Shown: positions 1 to 9,318 of the stretch, in pieces
Position numbering within the stretch: position 1 is the stretch's first letter
Layout of the letters: each line of letters opens with the position of its first letter
Assembly (NCBI GenBank): GCA_963674755.2
Contig: CAXXVS010000003.1
Location: forward strand, 1,568,001-1,632,000
Direction: 5' to 3'
DNA length: 64,000 bases
Source: Desulfobacterales bacterium
Lineage (GTDB): Bacteria > Desulfobacterota > Desulfobacteria > Desulfobacterales > UBA5852
Notes under the pieces: model-generated
Told to the model about the DNA's origin: nothing
The model's input: the letters and a program-made list of their open reading frames with translations, nothing else
Databases searched by the model: none
Made by a program: the position numbers and the translations under genes

Positions 1-65
1 ACATAGAGAAGATGTGCCGCCGGATCGGATAGCCCGATGATGAGCGGCCTGTTCGGGGCTTTGCC

Positions 66-638
66 ATGACGCCGGCGAGTCTGGTTGCCCAGTTCGGCGG
101 GGTGGCGGTTTTCATCGGTGCCCTTCTGGAGGGCGAAACGGTCGTGCTGCTGGCGGCCATTCTGGTCCAACAGGGCCTGCTGGATTTTAAAAGCGTCCTG
201 CCGGCCGCCGCCCTGGGGGCCTTTGCGGGCGACCAGTTCTTCTTTCATCTGGGAAGGCATCACGGCCACCGCCTGCTTACCAAGCATCCCGCCTGGCGAC
301 GACGTGTCATGCGCGCGGTGGCTCTCCTGGAGCGCCGGCGGAAAGCGGTGATCCTGTTCTACCGTTTCTTATACGGGATGCGGGCGGTGATTCCTTTCCT
401 GCTCGGTTCCGGAAGTTGCGGAACATGGTTTTTTACCCTCCTCAGCGGGATTAGCGCCGTGGTATGGGCGGTGATCCTGGGGGCCGGCGGCTATTGGTTC
501 GGCGACCTTTTCCAGCATCTGCTCCGCCAGGGACGGCACATCCAGCAGGGCCTGCTGGGCGCCTTCATCCTCCTGATACTCCTTATCGCGGGATTGCGCC
601 GGTGGAAGCGGAAGCGGCGCTCGAACAAGGCCTCCTGA
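66..638 (+). CDS. DedA family membrane protein (SNARE-associated/YohD-like; putative lipid scramblase)
   Basis: LEGET motif, GAFAGDQFFFHLGR, RFLYGMR motif; hydrophobic helices typical of DedA. Confidence 0.9.
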   Translation: MTPASLVAQFGGVAVFIGALLEGETVVLLAAILVQQGLLDFKSVLPAAALGAFAGDQFFFHLGRHHGHRLLTKHPAWRRRVMRAVALLERRRKAVILFYRFLYGMRAVIPFLLGSGSCGTWFFTLLSGISAVVWAVILGAGGYWFGDLFQHLLRQGRHIQQGLLGAFILLILLIAGLRRWKRKRRSNKAS

Positions 639-660
639 AGGCCCCGGCCTTAAAAGATCA

Positions 661-860
661 TGGATAAACGGTGTCTAAGGCCGCAATGCGGCGTTGTCCT
701 GCGCTGCGGGAGTTATCATCTGAGCCTATGGGCTAAGGTGCGTCCCGCCCTCGCGAGACGGGGCTGCTACCCAGATGGTTGCGATGCTTTTCGCAGCGGA
801 CGGCGCCTTGTCTTTCGACCTGTTGGTTATCCACAGCATGTTAATCCGCCAGAGGCGGAA
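661..860. repeat. Palindromic REP/MITE-like intergenic element between convergent genes
   Basis: Short terminal inverted repeat TGGATAA (661) / TTATCCA (827-833); internal GCGGCGTT...GCCTTG framework; hairpins CCCGCCCTCGCGAGACGGG and TCCGCCAGAGGCGGA. Confidence 0.4.
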
Positions 861-940
861 ACGGTTCTGATGCCTTGCCGCTTGCGGCACTACATGGTTT
901 TTATTGATACCCCGCTGCTGTGCGGCGGGATATCGTTCAT

Positions 941-1993
941 TCAGGTCAGATGACGGTGCACATGGAAGTGGATCGTGGCGCCGGTGACCTGACTTCTTCC
1001 CGTGTAGAGAAAAGACGCGATCCAGAACATTTGCAGGGTGAGCAGGATGGCGGGATGCCAGAGGGCCGCTAAGCCGTGCAGAAGCGGGGACGCAATGTAG
1101 GGCGTCGGTGGGGCCGGCAAAAAGGCCAACCCGACGGCCGCCAGGACGGCCAGCAGGCTCATGGCCTGGTAGGCACTGATGCGACCTTCTCCCCGGTAGT
1201 CGGCCCGCAGGAATTCGGAGGCAAACCGCCACAGCTGGCTGACAATGAGGGACAGCAGCAGGGCTGTCCGAAAGGCATTGTTGAGGAAGGCATAGATGCC
1301 GGCCAGCGCGGTAACGCTGTAGAGAACGGCGGTGATCCCCTGGATGGGAACCACCGGCACGCCTTCCAGGTGATGGGCATAGGCGATCTTGCGTGTCGCG
1401 CCGAAGAAGGTGAAGTGCCAGCGACCGAGCAAGGTCCGCATCAGGGGGTGGATCTCCTGCAAGGGTTTGCCATAGCAGCAGCCGAAGCTGATACAGGCCA
1501 GGCGTCCGATCCCTTCCCCCCAACAATAGGCCAGGCTCACGGCAGAGAGAAAGGCCAGCGGACTGACCGTCGTGTGGAAATAGCGCGCGGCCAGGGGCCG
1601 GGCGAGGAAGACCACCGGCGGGGTCAGCAGCAGCCCCAGGAAAAAGGCCCCGCCGATGCTGAAGGTGTGCGGTTTTTTCTCCACCAGGCGTGCGATCAGA
1701 CGCGAGCCCGGCATACAAATCCCCAGGACGATCACCAGCACCATCAGGGTGTAGCCCAGCGGGATGCCGATGGTCGCGGTCAATACGATGAGCAGGGCGC
1801 AGGCCAGGGTATAGGCCGTGGCATTGAAGAAGCCGTAGGTGGTCAGGTTGAGGCCCTGCCAGCCCGTGGCGGTCTTGACGACGGGGATGGCGGCCAGGAA
1901 TTGCCACCGTTCACGGGTCAGGTAGCGGAAGGCCCAGCGGAACAGGCAATAGGTCAAGAGCGCACAGATTCCTACGAAAAGTTCATCAGCCAT
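941..1993 (-). CDS. Prolipoprotein diacylglyceryl transferase (Lgt) family protein, divergent paralog
   Basis: TTYGFF, GEGIGRLACISFGCCYGKP, WRFASEFLRAD motifs of the Lgt family; multiple TM segments; start overlaps the upstream psd-like stop. Confidence 0.8.
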   Translation of the reverse strand: MADELFVGICALLTYCLFRWAFRYLTRERWQFLAAIPVVKTATGWQGLNLTTYGFFNATAYTLACALLIVLTATIGIPLGYTLMVLVIVLGICMPGSRLIARLVEKKPHTFSIGGAFFLGLLLTPPVVFLARPLAARYFHTTVSPLAFLSAVSLAYCWGEGIGRLACISFGCCYGKPLQEIHPLMRTLLGRWHFTFFGATRKIAYAHHLEGVPVVPIQGITAVLYSVTALAGIYAFLNNAFRTALLLSLIVSQLWRFASEFLRADYRGEGRISAYQAMSLLAVLAAVGLAFLPAPPTPYIASPLLHGLAALWHPAILLTLQMFWIASFLYTGRSQVTGATIHFHVHRHLT

Positions 1994-3068
1994 CGGATCT
2001 TCCTTTCACGGCGATGGTGGCGCGCACCTGAACATCCGTTTCCACGAGCCGTTGCCCGAAAGCAGCCGAAAAACGGCTTTGGGCGGATTCATGGTGCTGG
2101 TTGGCAAGGATATCGCGGCAGAAGCGCACGCGGTCTTTCTGAAAGATCAGCACATCCACCGAGCTGCCGGGCCGGTAGAGGCTTTTGGGCTGGCCCCGTT
2201 TGAGAAACATGCCCGGCACCACGGGGCGGGGGGCGTCATAGCGCCGATCACTGTAACATTGAACGATATCGCCGATCATCAGGGCCACAATTTCGATCAT
2301 GGCCACATATCCGATGCCGCTGCCGCCGGGAACGGCGGTGTCGATAACGGTGACGACCCGGCGGTTTTTGGAGTAGGGGGTCACCATACGGACCACAGCA
2401 CCCGGGTTGCAGGAGTGGTAGCCGCCCTGGATTTCGTAGATATCGACCACCCGCCCGGAAACCGGCAGGTGATTGTAGTGATACTTTTCCGGGGTCAACC
2501 GGAAGATCGCGAATTGCCCCTCCCGGAAGGTTTCCCGCCACAGGGGCTTGTCGGCGCCCAGCAGCTCCTCGTAATCGAAGAATTTTTCCTTGAGAAAAAG
2601 CAGCGACTGCTGCGCGAAGGAGCCTGCTAGCATGCGGGCATCGGCTGGCGACACGATACGGTCCGGCTGGGCTGACATGGGCCTGAAGCGCCAGAAGCGG
2701 ATCTGGCGTTCAAACAGGCGGCGCGGGGAGGTCAGGGTTCCCGGGGCCAGGCATTCCGCCAGCGGGATGGCCAGCTTGCGGACCATGCGGTCGACGGCCG
2801 CGGGTGTGCGCCGGGGCGGAAAATCGAATTGCCAGAAAGCGCAGCCGTCGTTGACCCGGCGGGAGGTCAATTGCTTGAAGAGGCGGGGCGTGCTTTCCCG
2901 GGCCCGGGAATAGAGCCATTGCAGGAGGCGGTCGGCCAGCAGGTGTTCGGTGACCACCTGGCCGGTGTTTCGCCGGACAAATTGGTGGGCACCCGGAGGG
3001 AGCGTCTTCCCCCGTTGTTGATGATCGTCACCATACGGCCTGTGGGCCTGGATCAAATCCTCGGTCAT
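1986..3068 (-). CDS. Phosphatidylserine decarboxylase family proenzyme (pyruvoyl-dependent)
   Basis: VSPADAR (Asp), FRLTPEKYHYNH (His), YRPGSSVDVL (G|S self-cleavage motif); ATG at 3068 overlaps the upstream TGA (ATGA). Confidence 0.85.
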   Translation of the reverse strand: MTEDLIQAHRPYGDDHQQRGKTLPPGAHQFVRRNTGQVVTEHLLADRLLQWLYSRARESTPRLFKQLTSRRVNDGCAFWQFDFPPRRTPAAVDRMVRKLAIPLAECLAPGTLTSPRRLFERQIRFWRFRPMSAQPDRIVSPADARMLAGSFAQQSLLFLKEKFFDYEELLGADKPLWRETFREGQFAIFRLTPEKYHYNHLPVSGRVVDIYEIQGGYHSCNPGAVVRMVTPYSKNRRVVTVIDTAVPGGSGIGYVAMIEIVALMIGDIVQCYSDRRYDAPRPVVPGMFLKRGQPKSLYRPGSSVDVLIFQKDRVRFCRDILANQHHESAQSRFSAAFGQRLVETDVQVRATIAVKGRSDG

Positions 3069-5488
3069 GGGGTTTCCTCCGCTGCGAGGTCTTCTTCCGC
3101 CCGGCGCTGCTGCAGGGTCGATAGGATAAAGAGATGAATGAGTTTTTCCAGGGTCCCCTCCGATGCCGTCTCGAAGAGCAGGGCTTGCCGGTGACGGCCG
3201 ACATACCCTTCGGCGCTCTGCCCCTTGAGCAGTTGGTAAAGGGGGCGGTTGTAGCGCCCCTGCCGCCAGGCCTGGGGGGCATCGATGGCGGCCAGGTCTT
3301 CCTGCAGGCAATCCAGCCCTTCTTCCATCTGCCGGCGGCGCAGGGTGTCGCGGTAGTATTGTTCGGCCGCCCGGTTGAAGACTTCGGCCGGCAGCTTCAG
3401 GGGGGCGCGGGCCCCGGCGGTGTCCAGAATGCCCCGGGTCAGCCGGTCGGCCGCCGAAGCGCCGGGGGTCTGAAGGCGGGCTTCCAGGTCGTCGAGGAGT
3501 TCCTCCGCGCCGAATTGCGCAACGAGCTCCCGGGCCTCCCGCCGCAGAACCCGTACCAGGGCCAGGCGGTATTCCGCCACCTTCACACGGATATAGCCGG
3601 GATAGCGGTGGCTGAGGCGGGTGGCACGCACCTCTTGCAGCAGACGTCCCAAAAACCGGTTGCGGCTCTGGCGGTGAATATAAACGGTGGGGATGCCGAT
3701 GGCGGCGCTGAAAAAAATCTGGCGGCGCTCACTCTCGATGCGGGGCGTGTCTGGGATGTCGGCATGCCGGATGCCGTCACGGAAGATGTACTGCAGCGCC
3801 AGCGCGGAGAGCAGGACCTGCAGGGTTGCCGCCGGTTCCAGATCACAGCGAAAGCTTTGGAACTGGCTGTAGTGGCGTCCTTCGAAACCGGCAAACCCCA
3901 TGACGTCATATTGCCGCAGACGATAGAGCAGATAGAGCGGCATGGCCGTGTGGAAGATGCCCATGGCGGCCAGGTCGCTTTTCAGTTTGGCCTCGCTGCC
4001 GAGCTGTCCGCCGAGGGCGCCCGAGGTACGGGTGCTCATCAGGCAGGCAAAGTAGTCGATGAGCCGGAAGTCCAGCACGAAATCCCCCTCGAGTCCCGGC
4101 AGGCGTCCCAGGGTACGGTCGATCCAGTCCGGTCCGAAGGGGGTCACGGGCGTGCCGCCGAGGTTCATGTGGGCTTTCTTCTTCCAGCGTCGCCAGATCA
4201 TGCGCAGGTGCGTTTCCGTCAATTCGTGCGGCAAAAATCCCAGTGCCCGTTCGGGATGCATGTCGCCAAAATCCAGCCGATAGGGGGCCCCGCTGTAGGT
4301 GCCCACGAAAAGCGGCAGAAAATGCTCCATGATTTTGATGGCCAGATCCCCCAGCCATTTTTCCTCCCGGGGACCGAAACCGGAGCCCGGATCCGCGCGC
4401 CGCCGGCTCAATTGCCGGCTGCCGATGCTCAGGTGGGTGCCATTGTTGGCCAGGCTGATATTGGAGAGCGTGGGCAGCACCACCAGATTGCGGGTGATGA
4501 TGCCGGCGTCGCGCAGTTTGTTGACGGCATTGAGTTGGCTGCGGGAGAGCACTTTGTGGCAACGGGCCATGTAGGCCTGCTTTTCTTCCCCGCAATCCCA
4601 CCCGGAGAGACAGGGACTCATGAACAGCTCCCGGTAGTAGGCGTCCGGGATGAGGGTATTCAGGTGCTTTTGGCGCTGGGGGGGATGGGGGGCCATATAG
4701 ATCAGGGCCCGTTGTCCCCGGTTGAGCAGGCTGAAGCGGCGGTTGGCGTACATCACCAGCAGATGGCAGAGCAGGAGGCGTTTGGCGGTTTCCCGGGCAA
4801 TGGCGGCCCCCTGCCGTATCCCGGCGTCGAGTCGCGGGGTATAGAAAGAGTGGGTTTCAGGCGAGGTATTGTCGCTGATGAAATGGGTCATCATGCGGCG
4901 GGCCTGGGAGCGGATCATGGTGTCGGTCAGGGGCGCACTGACGGATTCGGCCAGGGCCAGCTTCAGCAGATAGCTGATGGGCACCCGGATCAGATCTTCA
5001 CCCTTGCGCCGGCAGCGGAAGCGGTCCGCATCGCCGCGCAGGGGGCTTTGGGGGTTTGTCTTGTCCGCCCGCAGGTCTTCGGCCAGGGTCATGCGGCTGT
5101 AAGAGGACAGACCGTCTTCGGGGAATTGTACCCAGCTGTTTTCCCACAGCCCGTCGGCGTTGTCGTTGATATAGGCTTCCAGCTTGTCTTTCAATCGGGG
5201 GGAGGTATCGCCGGCCAGAGCCATCCGGCAGACGTTTTCGAAAACTTCCGAAGTGGCCACCGACCTGGGCAAATCGACCTGGGCCGCCTCCCCGGCCACT
5301 GCGGCCTGAATTTCGTTTTCAGCCCCCGTGGTGGTATCTTCCGGGCTGAAAGGCAGGGTGCGTGCCAGGGCCTCGGGCGATCGGTCGTCGATGCCCAATT
5401 GTTTGGCCAGTGTGGCGGCCTCACCCGGCTGAACAGGGGTGAAGGCCTCCGGTCGGATTACGTTGGCGGCGGTTGAAGATGACATCAT
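3065..5488 (-). CDS. 807-aa protein, predicted glutamate-cysteine ligase/YbdK-like carboxylate-amine ligase fold
   Basis: Long ORF with AAGGA RBS; ordered motifs TGAENEIQ, PHPPQ, NNGTHLSIG, HFLPLFVGTYSGAPY, YRLR...FEGRH parallel YbdK/GCS2 motifs (by-eye alignment). Confidence 0.6.
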   Translation of the reverse strand: MMSSSTAANVIRPEAFTPVQPGEAATLAKQLGIDDRSPEALARTLPFSPEDTTTGAENEIQAAVAGEAAQVDLPRSVATSEVFENVCRMALAGDTSPRLKDKLEAYINDNADGLWENSWVQFPEDGLSSYSRMTLAEDLRADKTNPQSPLRGDADRFRCRRKGEDLIRVPISYLLKLALAESVSAPLTDTMIRSQARRMMTHFISDNTSPETHSFYTPRLDAGIRQGAAIARETAKRLLLCHLLVMYANRRFSLLNRGQRALIYMAPHPPQRQKHLNTLIPDAYYRELFMSPCLSGWDCGEEKQAYMARCHKVLSRSQLNAVNKLRDAGIITRNLVVLPTLSNISLANNGTHLSIGSRQLSRRRADPGSGFGPREEKWLGDLAIKIMEHFLPLFVGTYSGAPYRLDFGDMHPERALGFLPHELTETHLRMIWRRWKKKAHMNLGGTPVTPFGPDWIDRTLGRLPGLEGDFVLDFRLIDYFACLMSTRTSGALGGQLGSEAKLKSDLAAMGIFHTAMPLYLLYRLRQYDVMGFAGFEGRHYSQFQSFRCDLEPAATLQVLLSALALQYIFRDGIRHADIPDTPRIESERRQIFFSAAIGIPTVYIHRQSRNRFLGRLLQEVRATRLSHRYPGYIRVKVAEYRLALVRVLRREARELVAQFGAEELLDDLEARLQTPGASAADRLTRGILDTAGARAPLKLPAEVFNRAAEQYYRDTLRRRQMEEGLDCLQEDLAAIDAPQAWRQGRYNRPLYQLLKGQSAEGYVGRHRQALLFETASEGTLEKLIHLFILSTLQQRRAEEDLAAEETP

Positions 5489-5726
5489 GGCTTTTCCTTA
5501 AGAGCGCAAACGGGTTACCATCTTTCACCCTGCGATATAGGGCCGTTATGTTGGCGGGGGATTAACGTCAGGCTATTTTTGGGTGAGGGAATGGAAGGCG
5601 GCCGGCCTGACAAATGGGTTTAACGGCGAAGCGACTGCCAGATTCTTTTCCTGACGGGGTGATTCGTCGACCCGCCAGCGCAACCATAGACCCGCAAGGC
5701 TTCAAGGGGATCAGGCCATTTTCTTT

Positions 5727-5755
5727 TTGACAAGCGGGGACGATACGATTAATAA
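5727..5755 (+). promoter_or_regulatory. Putative sigma70 promoter for the PilZ gene
   Basis: TTGACA at 5727-5732, AT-rich TAATAA 17 nt downstream. Confidence 0.45.
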
Positions 5756-5811
5756 ATCAGATCGGTGCCATGGGCGCGGCATGAGGGATTATAAGGTGGA
5801 GGAACGTAACA

Positions 5812-6210
5812 ATGGCGGAAAACAAAAAACAGATCAGCCCGACCGATGTGACTTTCCGGCTGTTCGAACTCATCACGGACATGACCTATGAGGAACAGCT
5901 GGTTCTGCTCGAAGAGCTCGAAAAAAAGAAAACGCGGCGCACCCGCCGCCACAAGCGCCGCGAAACCAGCCTTACCGTCTATTACGCCACCCACGACCGT
6001 GCCTATCGCGATACCATCCAGAATATCAGTCCCACCGGAGTGTTTATCGAAACCCGGGAGCCCTTTGACGTGGGCCAGGAAATCCTGCTCAATTTTACGC
6101 CTTCGCGCAATGCCGATCCCATCAAGGTCCGGGGGAAAGTGGTGCGCCTCACCGATGAGGGCATCGGGGTGAAATTCGTGCGGCCGGTCAGCAAAGACCG
6201 TTCGCCATAA
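5812..6210 (+). CDS. PilZ domain protein (c-di-GMP receptor)
   Basis: RRHKR (RxxxR) and NISPTG ([D/N]xSxxG) motifs, GIGVKF; GGAGG RBS. Confidence 0.9.
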   Translation: MAENKKQISPTDVTFRLFELITDMTYEEQLVLLEELEKKKTRRTRRHKRRETSLTVYYATHDRAYRDTIQNISPTGVFIETREPFDVGQEILLNFTPSRNADPIKVRGKVVRLTDEGIGVKFVRPVSKDRSP

Positions 6211-6226
6211 TGTGTCCGGGGTATCC

Positions 6227-7993
6227 TTACGGCAGATAGATCGAAAATGTGCTGCCCTCGCCCAATCGGCTGTCCACCTTAATCTCGCCCTCGTGCGCCT
6301 GCACGATATGCTTGACGATTGCCAGCCCTAAACCCGTACCGCCGAGCTGGCGGCTGCGGGCCTTGTCCACCCGATAGAACCGTTCGAACAGACGCGGCAG
6401 GTTGCGCTTGGCGATACCGCAACCGTAGTCGCGGATGTGAATGGCCGTCAGGCCTTCGTGCTTTTCAGCCCGGATTTCCACCCGGCTGTGCTCGGCACTG
6501 TATTTGACGGCATTGTCCAGGAGATTGACGATGGCCTGTTCCAGCAGGGTCGCGTCCACGGTGGCATACAGCGCTTCACCGCCCGTGACCTGGAGCGCGA
6601 TCTGTTTGGTGTCGGCATTTTTCTGGCAAACCTGGATCGCGGTTTGGAAGATATCGCCCAGGCGCGTCGTATCGAGGTCGAGGGCTTCCCGGAAATTTTC
6701 GCGCTCGATACGCGAGAGGGACAGCAGGTCGTCCACAATGGCCTCGAGGCGATTGACATGTTTGGTAATGATGCCCAGGAAGCGGTGGGTGTCCTCCGGC
6801 GAATCCACTTCGCGGTTGTAGAGGGTCTCCACGTAGCCCTTGATGGCGGTCAGGGGCGTTTTGATTTCGTGGGAGACATTGGCCACGAAATCGCGGCGCA
6901 TGTTTTCCAGGCGTCGCAGGCGGGTGACGTCCGTCATGACCAGCAGATTGCCGATGCGGAGACCGGCCGCGTCGACGATGGGCGAACTCTTGATGTTGAG
7001 CACCACCTCGCCCTGCTGGTAGAAGGTGATGTCGTCTTCCAGGGAGTCTTCGGCTTCCAGGGCCCGGCTCACGAAATTCTGCAAGGCCAGATTGCGGACC
7101 ACCTCCTGGATGCTGCGGCCCTTGACCCGCCCGCGGTCGCATTCGAACATTTCCGCTGCCAGGGGATTCATGCTCATGATGGCTTCGTTGGTGTCGATGG
7201 CCACCACGCCTTCCCGCATGCTCGACAGGACGGTTTCCAATTCGTTTTTCTGGGCGACCGCCGTGGCGATGCGATTGTTGAGGCGGGAGGCCATCTCGTT
7301 CATGGCGCTGGCCAGCCCGGCCAACTCCTCGGTGCGGGGCAGGGGCAGCTTGTGATTGAGGTCGCCGCCGGCAAAGGCGTCGGCCCCCTGCTTGAGCATT
7401 TCGATGGGGTGACTGATCTTGCGGGCCGCCAGGAGACTGATCAGCCCTACCATCACAGCGATGAGCACGCCCCCGCCGACCATCCGCCAGTGCAGGGCCC
7501 GCATCTGGTCTTCCAGGAAGGTCACGGCCAAAGCGGCCCGCACGACCCCCTCCAGGCGCCCCTTGCGCATCACGGCCTCGGCCACGTACATCAAGCGCCG
7601 GTCGAGGGTTTTGCTATAGCGCACGGAGCGTCCCGTGCCGCCGCGCATGGCCTCCTGGATTTCCGGGCGGTGGCCATGATTATCCATGTGGGCCGGGTTC
7701 TCCTGGGAGTCCCCCACCACCCGGCCGTCGGGCAGGATGACGGTAAAGCGGGTCGAGGAGAGCTGGCCGGTCTCTTTGCAGATGCGGTCGATGGTCGCGG
7801 CCTGCAGGGGCTGCAGGTCGGCCTCGATCTGATAGCGCAGCAGGGCGATGCGGTCCTCGAGATTGGCCGCGGTTTGGTTCAGAAAGAAGATCTCCATGGT
7901 ATGGGAGGCGACCCAGACCGCGGCGATGATCGCAAGCAGCGTGACGGCCAGGAAGGAGGGAAAGATATGCCAAACGAGCCGGTTACGTTTCAT
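6227..7993 (-). CDS. phoR: Phosphate regulon sensor histidine kinase (HAMP-PAS-HisKA-HATPase)
   Basis: NHGHRPEI periplasmic motif, RRDFVANVSHEIKTPLT, LFERFYRVDKARSRQLGGTGLGL; coupled to the response regulator. Confidence 0.85.
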   Translation of the reverse strand: MKRNRLVWHIFPSFLAVTLLAIIAAVWVASHTMEIFFLNQTAANLEDRIALLRYQIEADLQPLQAATIDRICKETGQLSSTRFTVILPDGRVVGDSQENPAHMDNHGHRPEIQEAMRGGTGRSVRYSKTLDRRLMYVAEAVMRKGRLEGVVRAALAVTFLEDQMRALHWRMVGGGVLIAVMVGLISLLAARKISHPIEMLKQGADAFAGGDLNHKLPLPRTEELAGLASAMNEMASRLNNRIATAVAQKNELETVLSSMREGVVAIDTNEAIMSMNPLAAEMFECDRGRVKGRSIQEVVRNLALQNFVSRALEAEDSLEDDITFYQQGEVVLNIKSSPIVDAAGLRIGNLLVMTDVTRLRRLENMRRDFVANVSHEIKTPLTAIKGYVETLYNREVDSPEDTHRFLGIITKHVNRLEAIVDDLLSLSRIERENFREALDLDTTRLGDIFQTAIQVCQKNADTKQIALQVTGGEALYATVDATLLEQAIVNLLDNAVKYSAEHSRVEIRAEKHEGLTAIHIRDYGCGIAKRNLPRLFERFYRVDKARSRQLGGTGLGLAIVKHIVQAHEGEIKVDSRLGEGSTFSIYLP

Positions 7994-8682
7994 GGGGTTT
8001 CTTTAAGGCGGTAGCCGACACCGCGCACGGTTTCGATGATCTCGCCCCGGGGTCCGAGTTTCTTGCGCAGGCCCACGATCTGCACATCCACGGAGCGGTC
8101 GGTTACCGGATAATCGTCACCCCGTACCAGGTCCACGATTTGGGAGCGGGTAAAGACCCAGCCCGGCCGCCGGGCCAGGATGCTTAAGACCTGGAATTCG
8201 GTATAGGTCAGATTGACGGCTTGGCCCTCCACTATCACCGTGCGCCGCCCGGGATGGATTTCGATAGCGTGCACGTTGATGACGGCCGTGTCGTCCGGCG
8301 CGTCCTGGCCGATGCGCCGGATGATAGCCCGCGTGCGGGCCAGCAGAATGCGGGGACTGAAGGGTTTGGTGACGTAGTCATCCGCACCGAGTTCCAGGCC
8401 GGCCACCACATCCGCCTCTTCGCCTTTGGCAGTCAGCATGAGCACCGGGATGTGTTTGGTCTGGGGGTCGTTTTTCAGCTTGCGGGTCACTTCCAAGCCA
8501 TCGATGCCGGGCAGCATCAGGTCCAGGACGATCAAGGCGATGGCGCCGGAGCGGGCGGTCGCCAGTGCTTTTTCGCCGGTTGTGGCGACCTGGACGTCAT
8601 AGCCGTCCCGTTTGAGGTGGTGACGTACCAGTTCCAGGATATCTTCTTCGTCGTCGACGACCAGGATGGTTTCTTTAGCCAT
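7990..8682 (-). CDS. phoB: OmpR/PhoB family response regulator
   Basis: VVDDE, LDLMLPG, GLELGADDYVTKPF, RSVDVQI..LRKKL, ETVRGVGY; ATGA overlap with phoR. Confidence 0.85.
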   Translation of the reverse strand: MAKETILVVDDEEDILELVRHHLKRDGYDVQVATTGEKALATARSGAIALIVLDLMLPGIDGLEVTRKLKNDPQTKHIPVLMLTAKGEEADVVAGLELGADDYVTKPFSPRILLARTRAIIRRIGQDAPDDTAVINVHAIEIHPGRRTVIVEGQAVNLTYTEFQVLSILARRPGWVFTRSQIVDLVRGDDYPVTDRSVDVQIVGLRKKLGPRGEIIETVRGVGYRLKETP

Positions 8683-8754
8683 ATTCCCTTCCCGAGTGTG
8701 ATCCCGTCGTGTCTGGGTTTCTCTTGTGAGTCGCCCGCAGGAATACGTGCAGGA

Positions 8755-8782
8755 TGTTAGGGTTATGTTAATCCCGCATTAG
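8755..8782 (-). promoter_or_regulatory. Pho-box-like direct repeats upstream of phoB
   Basis: Minus strand CTAATG-N5-TTAACA-N5-CTAACA, exact 11-bp period, 72 nt upstream of the phoB start. Confidence 0.55.
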
Positions 8783-9318
8783 AATACGATTCGGGCATGA
8801 TGAGAAAATGATGTGCCGCCGATGAAGGCGGGGCGTGTCGCACCCGCCAGCGGAACCTGCCGGTCAGCATAGACTGTTTGGATTTTTTTGACAATGGCGG
8901 TCAGGGTGGCGATGCTGTCGGCGAAATCTTCAGTTGGCGTGATGACGACAAGAACGCCGCCAATAAGGTTAAAAGAAAATTGCGGTGTTGTATAGGGGGC
9001 ATCCAAGCCTTTTCCATGGAGGAGATCCGTCGCGGTTCGTGTCGGCCAGAGGCGGAAAATTAAAAATAGTAAAGGCGGGGCGTTTTGTCCGGGGCTAAGC
9101 TTCAGAAGCCGTTAGGTCCGGCTGGTGGATAAGGGGTCTGATGAAGAGGCCGATTCCGCTTCGTTGGTTGAGGTGGGCTTGGGCCGGGGATGTTTCCCCG
9201 TGGTTTCCGTGACGGTCTATGCCTGATGGCGCGGCTGAAAGTAATGGCGGACGTCATCGGGCGCAGATCGGTGCCGTCCGCCGATTCATTGCGGTCATGA
9301 GACCCTCTCCGTTCGGTT

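Noticed and set aside
3069..3311. N-terminal extension of the psd ORF to 441 aa
   Set aside because: It overlaps the upstream gene out of frame; the ATGA coupling at 3065-3068 marks the likely start
3134..5476. 780-aa plus-strand ORF
   Set aside because: Antisense shadow of the 807-aa gene, typical of high-GC3 coding DNA; no motifs or RBS. The same applies to 6437-8014, 10616-12415, 16414-17892, 34370-35914, 40393-41997 and 43081-44508
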